A stretch of DNA of 64,000 nt, taken from a virus (lineage: Duplodnaviria; Heunggongvirae; Uroviricota; Caudoviricetes). Of this stretch, positions 20,895 to 28,349 are shown one piece after another. Below the pieces are notes generated by a model that had not been told where the DNA came from, searched no databases, and saw only the letters and a program-made list of their open reading frames with translations. The translations under genes were made by a program, and so were the position numbers. The stretch lies in the IMG/VR virus record IMGVR_UViG_3300045988_155182; one strand, given 5' to 3'. Position 1 is the first letter of the stretch, and every line of letters starts with the position of its first letter.

Positions 20895-21377
20895 ATGGCG
20901 GTAGTTGTGAAAGCTGATTTGTCAAAAATCCCTTCTATTTCAGGAAATAACGGTTATTCACTTCGTTGTGAGGAAGTAAAGATAAACGGTGAGTCGGCAT
21001 ATTGCAGCTACTCCGTATGCCAGCACACCATTCTTGCCTTCAAAGAAAACCGTCTTCCTCGAACGTCTTTCCAGTCGTGCGCAACCGCTATTAAAGCAGG
21101 CAAATGCAAGGCGTTAAAAATGATGGTTGAAGAGATTCGTAAAGGAGAATCTCTGTATTTCGAAGATATGACCGCACTCATTAAGGAGGTTGAAGAACGG
21201 AATAAACAAGCCAGAACTATAAAACGAAAACGTGACAGTGTAACGATTAATAGCATGGTTAAGAAGAGCGCCACATCACAAACAGCGATCACTGACGTGT
21301 ATGCGGCGTTGATTGAAGAAACAACAAAAGAAACACATGAGCAAATCGATCAACATATGGAGGCAAAACAACAATGA
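20895..21377 (+). CDS. Hypothetical Cys-containing protein
   Basis: 160-aa ORF; stop overlaps the ligase start. Confidence 0.4.
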   Translation: MAVVVKADLSKIPSISGNNGYSLRCEEVKINGESAYCSYSVCQHTILAFKENRLPRTSFQSCATAIKAGKCKALKMMVEEIRKGESLYFEDMTALIKEVEERNKQARTIKRKRDSVTINSMVKKSATSQTAITDVYAALIEETTKETHEQIDQHMEAKQQ

Positions 21378-22696
21378 AAAAGTTGATCGCACTTAAGCAT
21401 AAGCTGGACGAAATGAAAGCTATGGGAACCAATGCAAAAAAAGAGGCATTGGCCAACATGGATGACTTCGAGCAAAGCATGGTTTCATTGATGCTCAACC
21501 CTTTCATCCGTTTTGGGGTAAAGAAATACAAAGTGGCAGAGCCGCTTAGTGAGTCCGTCCCAAGTGACGAAAAAGCCATTGATATACTGAATAAGCTGGC
21601 CTCTCGCGAGCTGACGGGGAACGCAGCAATAGCTGCTGTTGAGTCTATCGTGGCGTCAATGTGCGCCGATGGGCAGGACGTGTTCCGTCGTTTCCTCTTA
21701 AAAGATCCGAAAGCTGGCGTTGGGATTAGCCTATGCAACAAGGTTTTTGAAAATCCCATTCCGAAATTTGAGGTGCAGCTGGCGTCACCGTATAAAGAAA
21801 AAGGCGACAAATACCCCTTCAAGCCAAATCCTAAAGCCAAATGGCCGATGATTGGCAGCCTTAAGCTCGATGGTTTGCGAGTAATTTGTGAGGTTATTGT
21901 TGACGAGGAAGAGGTGAACTTCCTTTCTCGTACTGGTAATCCAATCACGTCTCTCGATCACCTAAAGCCAGCCATGCTCGAATTAGGCAAACTTTCAGGC
22001 CACAAACACATCTTCTTCGATGGTGAAGGAACAGCCGGTTCATTTAACCAGTCCGTATCTGCATTGCGCAAAAAGAACGTGCAGGCAATTGGCGCTATTT
22101 ATCATGTTTTCGACTTCTTCCTACCGGAATGGCGGGCACAGGCTAAATCCAAAGAGTATGCAAAGACAGGTATAAAGCTGAAAGAGCGCCTGGCTATGCT
22201 CGTGGCGTTGTTCAAAAACGATCGCAGTGAAGGCTACGCACAAGACATTCACCTGCATCCGTTCTACATCATCCATAGCCACGAAGACTTCATCGAACGC
22301 TTCATGAAACGCCTGGACGATAACGAAGAAGGGGAGATGGGCAAAGATCCGAACTCTGTTTACGAGTTTAAACGTACCCGCAGCTGGTGGAAGTTAAAAG
22401 ACGAAGATTCAGAAGATGGTGAAATTATCGATTTTGAGCCTGGCGACCCGGACTCTGGTTTTGCCAACACGCTTGGAAAAATTGTTATTCGTCTTGAAAA
22501 CGGCGTCATCGTTCGTGCGAGTGGCATTAAGCATAAATATCTGGACGAGATCTGGAACAACAAAGAGAAGTACCGTGGTCGTATTGTCGAGGTTCATTGT
22601 CACGAGAAAACACCTGATGGCAGCTTACGCCACCCACGACTGAAATGGCCGCGTTGCTTACGCGATACCGAAGATCGAATCGGAGATAAAGAATGA
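21374..22696 (+). CDS. ATP-dependent DNA ligase
   Basis: Adenylation motif I KLDGLR within SLKLDGLRV; ~440 aa. Confidence 0.7.
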   Translation: MKKLIALKHKLDEMKAMGTNAKKEALANMDDFEQSMVSLMLNPFIRFGVKKYKVAEPLSESVPSDEKAIDILNKLASRELTGNAAIAAVESIVASMCADGQDVFRRFLLKDPKAGVGISLCNKVFENPIPKFEVQLASPYKEKGDKYPFKPNPKAKWPMIGSLKLDGLRVICEVIVDEEEVNFLSRTGNPITSLDHLKPAMLELGKLSGHKHIFFDGEGTAGSFNQSVSALRKKNVQAIGAIYHVFDFFLPEWRAQAKSKEYAKTGIKLKERLAMLVALFKNDRSEGYAQDIHLHPFYIIHSHEDFIERFMKRLDDNEEGEMGKDPNSVYEFKRTRSWWKLKDEDSEDGEIIDFEPGDPDSGFANTLGKIVIRLENGVIVRASGIKHKYLDEIWNNKEKYRGRIVEVHCHEKTPDGSLRHPRLKWPRCLRDTEDRIGDKE

Positions 22697-22908
22697 TCGT
22701 ATTAAGTAAAAGGGAGAAAGAAACGCTTCATGAAATCAGTAAGTGGCCGGAGTTCCCTGAGTACTGGAAGCCTAAAACGCGAGCTAAGTTAGAGCGTTTA
22801 GGGTTGGTTGCAAACGTTTCTGAAACGTGGTGCTCGGCCAACTACCAGTTAACTGATAAAGGGAAAGTATTGCTACAGCAATTAGTAGAATCAGGAGTGT
22901 TAAAATGA
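22693..22908 (+). CDS. Hypothetical small protein
   Basis: ATGA-coupled to the ligase stop. Confidence 0.4.
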   Translation: MIVLSKREKETLHEISKWPEFPEYWKPKTRAKLERLGLVANVSETWCSANYQLTDKGKVLLQQLVESGVLK

Positions 22909-23057
22909 TTCCATACATCTCATTAGCTTTTATGGGTGGCTTCCTTGTCGGCTTCGGCATCTGTCGTGATTTAATTAAGCAGGAACTTAAAACCAAAACA
23001 CTGTGCATCGGAAAGCGTGTGTATCGGGTAGTTCATGAAACAAAGGTTAGAAAATGA
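22905..23057 (+). CDS. Hypothetical small membrane protein (50 aa)
   Basis: Not in the ORF track (under 60 aa). ATGA-coupled at both ends; hydrophobic core LAFMGGFLVGFGI. Confidence 0.35.
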   Translation: MIPYISLAFMGGFLVGFGICRDLIKQELKTKTLCIGKRVYRVVHETKVRK

Positions 23058-23344
23058 GCAATTTAACTTCTTGGGACTGGTGGTTGGCCACCTATTTCTT
23101 AGCGGCCGGAGTCGCATTCGCCTTTTACGTAGGTCAGTTAGTCGTAAAACTGCTGCTGATTAAATTTGCCAGTCATAAACGTATCGATGATGGTCTGTGG
23201 CGTCTTGGCACCCTGGTGGAAACTCGCTACGGGCAACTTAAGGAGAACGAAACCATTACTATCCAAGCGAAACGATTCACTGCCACCATCACAAGAACAC
23301 CTAGTCGTAGAGTGGCCTTGATCAAAAAAGTCACAACCGAATAA
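23054..23344 (+). CDS. Hypothetical membrane protein
   Basis: N-terminal hydrophobic helix WDWWLATYFLAAGVAFAFYV. Confidence 0.45.
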   Translation: MSNLTSWDWWLATYFLAAGVAFAFYVGQLVVKLLLIKFASHKRIDDGLWRLGTLVETRYGQLKENETITIQAKRFTATITRTPSRRVALIKKVTTE

Positions 23345-24122
23345 AATTACAATGATAAGTATTTACTTACTTATCTTTTATGTATAAGATGACTTTGTTT
23401 TCGTTGAGACGCGACTGTTTGAACTTAAATACAAGTGCAAACGAAGAAGTCTATCTGGCAGTAGCCTAATAAGCCAAACACCAGCGAGGTCAGTTTCCAG
23501 CCTCGTTACCGAAATGGGATACACTGAGCGAGTGTGATTACAGAACGCAGGAGGGAACATGAATGTTCCCTCCGATGAAGTAACAGAATGGGCGGTTGGT
23601 ATATTTTCAACTCCATATGACTCCCGGATTCTTAGCCACTGACCGCCCATCCTGTTACGTCATTTTGTTCAATTATGTCGTTTATACTGGGTTAAAAAGC
23701 GGCGACGTAGCCCGGCTGGTATGGTTAGCCAGCACACAACGTTGAGGCCATTACATTTTTATCAATTCTAAGGTTCTATTCACAGAGATACCGGCGAGCG
23801 TTGATATGTAACATGTTGGGCAAACATTCAATCGGAGTAGTGGCCTCAACGTTGTGAAGACAGGATTGTTGTGTAGGTTTAACCACTGTTGCCATTGGTG
23901 CCTGTTTTCACAACAAATGATTCCATACATCACATTGTATAAATTACAAAGTAGGTGCTGTCCTCAGAAACATCATCTACTTAAAGAGTTTGCCTTCTAC
24001 TATTGAGCGAAGTCGAAAGCGTCTGGCACTAACGAAAAGTGCAAGTAGCGGTGCGTTTCCTGGCAGAAACTAAACCGTCGCGATTGGCACTGTTGAGTAA
24101 TGAATACAGGCAGTGCTGAATT

Positions 24123-24197
24123 GATGGTGTAGCTCAGCGGTAGAGCAGTTGGCTGTTAACCAACTGGTCGGTGGTTCGAATCCACCCACCATCGCCA
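24123..24197 (+). tRNA. tRNA-Asn (anticodon GTT)
   Basis: Cloverleaf folded by hand: acceptor gatggtg/caccatc, D-arm gctc-agcggtag-gagc, anticodon loop ctGTTaa, T-arm ggtgg-ttcgaat-ccacc, 3' CCA encoded. Confidence 0.85.
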
Positions 24198-24199
24198 AT

Positions 24200-24275
24200 G
24201 CCGGTTTAGCTCAGTTGGTAGAGCGCCTGCCTTGTAAGCAGGATGTCAGCGGTTCGAGTCCGTTAACCGGCACCA
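24200..24275 (+). tRNA. tRNA-Thr (anticodon TGT)
   Basis: Acceptor gccggtt/aaccggc, anticodon stem cctgc/gcagg with loop ctTGTaa, T-loop ttcgagt, CCA encoded; 2 nt after tRNA-Asn. Confidence 0.85.
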
Positions 24276-24499
24276 ATACAACGATAAGATCATTACGGTT
24301 AATCGTCGTTCATGTGCACAATGACTGGTCGAAAGGTAGTGATCTTACCGTTGTGGTGGATTCGCAGACTGATGCGATAGCTTTCTTGGATGTTAGGGAA
24401 ATGCGGCCGCAAATCTTCCCTTTCGCGAGCGGTGATCGTCCGTAGTCCTAATTGGCTGCACCGTATGCCGGAGATTCAGTACCGGCCACCACAACGGCC

Positions 24500-24586
24500 G
24501 GAGAGTAGGGAGCATGGTGCTCAAGCGGTCTTGAAAACCGTCCCATTGCGCAAGCGATGATGGTTCGATTCCATTACTCTCCGCCA
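24500..24586 (+). tRNA. tRNA-Ser (anticodon TGA), class II with long variable arm
   Basis: Acceptor ggagagt/actctcc, anticodon stem gcggt/accgt with loop cttGAaa read as UGA, long variable arm, T-arm gatgg-ttcgatt-ccatt, CCA encoded. Confidence 0.7.
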
Positions 24587-24740
24587 GACACAGCGTTGAG
24601 CGGTTTGGCCTTTTAATCAACTCGATTAAGACTCCGCTAACATAAACCAGACCGCTCAACGCTGTGATAGACAATTACGGCAGACGTTCTTAACCATAGC
24701 TTGCTAACATCCTAGCAACACTTTTTTAAGCGCAAAATCC

Positions 24741-24763
24741 AAAGGGGCTTCGGCCCCTTTTTT
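24741..24763. terminator. Bidirectional rho-independent terminator (UUCG tetraloop)
   Basis: ggggc-ttcg-gcccc followed by tttttt on the plus strand; T-rich on the minus strand as well. Lies between the tRNA cluster and the convergent minus-strand ORF. Confidence 0.8.
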
Positions 24764-24764
24764 G

Positions 24765-25673
24765 TTAATGATTGCCTAGATATGATTTTAGTTCTTCTTT
24801 AATGATTAGTGAGTATTCTAAAATATCACTTAGTAAAAATTTTGCTCTGTTAAAATACCCACCAAAAGAACCTAAAATTTCAGATGGTCTTTCTAAGAGC
24901 ATCACAATATCATCTTCTTGCACTTTAGTAATGTAACTTCTAACAGCTCTTTCTCCAATAACTCTTTTCTTACCGTTTATTTCAGATTCATCTAAAACCT
25001 TATTTATAAATTTTTCTGTATCATTGAATCGTCCACTATTGTGTACTATTGTATGTCTTAGTAGTTCAATTAGCTTGATGTTAAAGCGATAGTTTTTGCC
25101 AATCTTGTTGTTTGTTTCTATCTCTTTGAAGCCAGGTATTTTATTTCTGAAAATTTTAGTTATTTTTTTCGATGGGTTACTTTTTGCTTTTAATAATCTG
25201 TAATAAACTTCCCTTTTCCCAATTTCATCATCTTCAACCTTACCAAAATCACTTGAGGACCATAAATCATTTCGAACACATACAGTATAGACATATATTG
25301 CCTCAATATAGTCTTCCAGTAACTCATAGGCTTCAGTAATAACCCACTGATATTGTTTATTTTTCAAAGTATTACACAATCTTATCTTTTCTTCTAAATC
25401 AATGGCGCTGTTACCTATCTCTAATGTTGAACCTGTATATGGGTTTGAACATAAATGGCGAGCTAACGTTGTGCCACACTTAATCTTAATAGTTTCATTA
25501 ATATTAATAATAGTATCTGGATTCTGTGCATACTCCACTTCTTTAAGAAGACGTTTTATATTTTTCTTTGTTGTATCATTTATCTGATTTAAATAGTCAA
25601 AAAGTAAAGATATTTCTTCTCTAAATTCGTTGTATTTATTTTCAATCAAAGAATCAGACAACTTACCAATCAT
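24765..25673 (-). CDS. A+T-rich hypothetical protein with HEPN-type Rx4H motif (candidate abortive-infection RNase)
   Basis: 302-aa ORF with A+T-rich codon usage unlike its neighbours; motif LLRHTIVHNSG (R-x4-H) in the C-terminal half; isolated between terminator and tRNAs. Confidence 0.5.
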   Translation of the reverse strand: MIGKLSDSLIENKYNEFREEISLLFDYLNQINDTTKKNIKRLLKEVEYAQNPDTIININETIKIKCGTTLARHLCSNPYTGSTLEIGNSAIDLEEKIRLCNTLKNKQYQWVITEAYELLEDYIEAIYVYTVCVRNDLWSSSDFGKVEDDEIGKREVYYRLLKAKSNPSKKITKIFRNKIPGFKEIETNNKIGKNYRFNIKLIELLRHTIVHNSGRFNDTEKFINKVLDESEINGKKRVIGERAVRSYITKVQEDDIVMLLERPSEILGSFGGYFNRAKFLLSDILEYSLIIKEELKSYLGNH

Positions 25674-25846
25674 TAAAACCTCTATAAAATGTACATTTCA
25701 AGGCAATCCTTACTGTAATCTATTGTCGTAATCACTTCAATTGTTTACTAGTCAATCAATAAGTTACTACATACTTATCAAAAAAATCTGTTTGTAGTAT
25801 AGTCTGATATGTTCGAATCAATATTTATAAAGGTATTTGTTAAGTT

Positions 25847-26092
25847 ATGACGATCACTATCTACGGACGAGATAACTGCTCATACTGCAAACGTGCGGTC
25901 GAGCTGGCGAAGCAACTAAAGGGACATGGCTACGGTGATTATGAGTACATCGACATCACCACTGCCGGTATCGACAAGGAAAAACTAAGTGAAATTGTTG
26001 GTAAACCGGTAGAGACTATCCCCCAGGTGCTGATCGATGGCCAGCCGATTGGCGGATACACAGAACTGGCTGCATACGTCAGCACCCTCTGA
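25847..26092 (+). CDS. Glutaredoxin (NrdC/NrdH-like redoxin)
   Basis: Active site CSYC near the N-terminus; TIPQVLIDGQPIGGYTEL motif; 81 aa. Confidence 0.85.
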   Translation: MTITIYGRDNCSYCKRAVELAKQLKGHGYGDYEYIDITTAGIDKEKLSEIVGKPVETIPQVLIDGQPIGGYTELAAYVSTL

Positions 26093-26171
26093 TTTTAACG
26101 GCTCACAGGAGCCGTTTTTATTCCCACCAAACTCACTCCCATTTCCCTTAAAATTCAAAAAACAACGTCAA

Positions 26172-26204
26172 AATGATTCCATACCTACTATGTATGGAAT
26201 CATT
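26172..26204. other. lox/dif-like recombination site candidate: 13-bp perfect inverted repeats around a 7-bp spacer
   Basis: aatgattccatac-ctactat-gtatggaatcatt, about 100 bp upstream of the tyrosine recombinase gene; half-site copies at 22904-22916 and 23916-23928. Confidence 0.5.
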
Positions 26205-26302
26205 GCTGAAAATGAGTTACTTTTACTCTTGATCCTATAAGAATCTATGCCTAATATACTGTTTACTTATACAGTGCATCGGCGTAACTCGGTGATTGTC
26301 AT

Positions 26303-27406
26303 ATGAAAAATAGCTTTGACAGAGCACGCGCTGCGGAGAACACCTCAAAAGAGGCGATAGAGTATCTCGAAAGAGCATCTCAAATGCAGGCCGTTATGAT
26401 CTCCCAGGTCAGCAATGACATGAGATTCTCGGACGCATTCATGTTATTCACTCGCTTATCTCTGCTGATAACCAGACGTCGGCCAGAGATCGCTGTTCAT
26501 TGTATTTTGATACATGTTTTGCCGCACATTGCCGATGTAAAAGTAAGTGACATTAATAGGTTCATGGTGAACCAACTGGTCAACCCACTAATACTGGATG
26601 GCAAAATTGTTATGGGCCGCCGCGTTTTCTCTCTGATGAAGCAGTTCCTTAGCTGGTGCGCCTTCCAGGGGATGATAGACGTGTCACCGTTGAACGATAT
26701 GTCACTTAACAAAGTTGCCGGTGGCGCAAAGCCCACACCTCGCGAGCGGAAGCTGACCGACGCAGAGGTATGGGTGTTCTGGAATATATGGGACTACTTC
26801 AATGTGTGTGCTGGTACAAAATGGGCGGCCAGGCTATGTCTTGTATCCGCAAGACGACCTGACGAAGTACTGCGGGCTAAAAAAAGTGAGTTCAATCTTA
26901 AGCGTGGGGTTTGGAATCAAGGCAAGAGGAACAAATCTGCCCGTGAGCATTCTCTGCCTTTAAGCTCATTAATGCGCACTTGTATTGAAGAGTTGTTCGA
27001 ATATGGTAAAGACAGCCAGTGGCTCGTGCCTTCGAATAAAAAAATCGGGAAAGACCTTCCTATGTCTAAAGTGGCAATAGCCCAGGCATTACGTCGTATT
27101 CTGGAACGACCAGAACTGATGGAGCTTGAGCCATTTACACCCCGAGATTTGCGCCGTACTGCGCGTAGTTACTTCCCAGCATTAGGCATAAGCCAGGAGG
27201 TATCACGTAAAATCATGAACCACAGTCTTGAGGGGATAGATCGGGTCTACGACCGGCACGATTATATGGACGAGATGCGAGACGCCTTAGAAAGTTTCTC
27301 GACGTACATCGCATCAATCGTAGAGCAACCGGATTTAGACGAAATTGACCACAAATTTAAGGGAGATCGTCTATCAACAGAGCTTATTCGTGTAAATTTT
27401 TCATAG
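26303..27406 (+). CDS. Tyrosine recombinase / integrase
   Basis: C-terminal catalytic region with RDLRRTARSY and HSLEGIDRVYDRHDY (H-x-x-R...Y pattern); start codon uncertain. Confidence 0.7.
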   Translation: MKNSFDRARAAENTSKEAIEYLERASQMQAVMISQVSNDMRFSDAFMLFTRLSLLITRRRPEIAVHCILIHVLPHIADVKVSDINRFMVNQLVNPLILDGKIVMGRRVFSLMKQFLSWCAFQGMIDVSPLNDMSLNKVAGGAKPTPRERKLTDAEVWVFWNIWDYFNVCAGTKWAARLCLVSARRPDEVLRAKKSEFNLKRGVWNQGKRNKSAREHSLPLSSLMRTCIEELFEYGKDSQWLVPSNKKIGKDLPMSKVAIAQALRRILERPELMELEPFTPRDLRRTARSYFPALGISQEVSRKIMNHSLEGIDRVYDRHDYMDEMRDALESFSTYIASIVEQPDLDEIDHKFKGDRLSTELIRVNFS

Positions 27407-27787
27407 AGACTTTATGGCCTCAACAACCTTTTGTGATGCGCCTTTCTCTTTACCGAATCGCTCGTTATATGCAGCAAGAACCTGTTTTTCGTCCTCGTTA
27501 AGAGGAGCAGTGCCTTCTTTGTATAAAAATGCTGCGAGTTCGGGTTGGCGTTCTTCCAGCACCATCATCATAAGACGACTTGGCTCAATGCCCAGTGCCA
27601 GCGCCAGCGGACGAACCTTATCGATAGGCAAAGGAATTTTGCCGCTTTTAATTAAAGAAAGGTTGTTGGCGTTTTTATACCCAATTGTTTTGGCTATCTG
27701 GGCCTGGCTCATAGGTGAGGATTCAATCAACCCTGCGATAAAAGCAGCGTAGCGACTTTCTATAAATTCAATCTTGTTATCAGACAT
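27401..27787 (-). CDS. XRE-family HTH transcriptional regulator (repressor-like)
   Basis: HTH SQAQIAKTIGYKNANNLSLIKSGK; convergent with the recombinase, divergent from the downstream block. Confidence 0.6.
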   Translation of the reverse strand: MSDNKIEFIESRYAAFIAGLIESSPMSQAQIAKTIGYKNANNLSLIKSGKIPLPIDKVRPLALALGIEPSRLMMMVLEERQPELAAFLYKEGTAPLNEDEKQVLAAYNERFGKEKGASQKVVEAIKSL

Positions 27788-28038
27788 GGTTACAACCTTT
27801 GCGCGTTCAATTCTCTCTGGTAAGTGCTTACCGATATTACATCAAAGGTTAGGGTTGTAAAGCTATTATCATTTTTTTCGATAGGCACTTAAAAGACCGG
27901 TTAAAGGCCATTGCACGGAGAAAAATTAGCCCAAAACAGGTAAGAAAATCAACTTGCATATGATATGAATGTATTCAGTATTGATACAAATTTTAGTAGT
28001 ATTCCTTACCATAGTATAAGTTAGAATGGATTGATTGA

Positions 28039-28251
28039 ATGAACACCACTATTTCCAGCCTAATCGCTCTTGAGATCGGACACGTACAGAAATTAGCTGA
28101 TGAGTGTGTAGCTGACATCCTCACCGATCTACCGAATGAGCAGATTCAGGTTGGTGTGAATGACACAACTGGATTTATATTCGAACTTAACAACAAACGC
28201 TTCACGCTTCTCAATACCGGCTCCGGGTCTTTAGCCGTCAGAATCTGTTAA
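28039..28251 (+). CDS. Hypothetical small protein
   Basis: 70-aa ORF divergent from the XRE regulator. Confidence 0.35.
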   Translation: MNTTISSLIALEIGHVQKLADECVADILTDLPNEQIQVGVNDTTGFIFELNNKRFTLLNTGSGSLAVRIC

Positions 28252-28349
28252 CCCCTCTTCTCCCTGCGCGAATGGCTTAGTTCCCTGTTCGCGCAGTGCT
28301 ACATTAAACACACTAGTAAATAATTTGTTTTCATAACAAAGGATTAGCC

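Noticed and set aside
23378-23650. Minus-strand ORF of 90 aa
   Set aside because: Lies within the hairpin-rich noncoding region and has no RBS; better read as structured RNA or DNA.
24149-24674. ORFs 24149-24445 (+) and 24393-24674 (-) from the six-frame track
   Set aside because: They overlap the three tRNA genes and the structured spacer between them; best explained as chance open frames.
26303-27406. Tyrosine recombinase as part of an IS or transposon
   Set aside because: No terminal inverted repeats or target-site duplications flank it; instead a lox-like core site lies just upstream, which fits a resolvase or integrase role.
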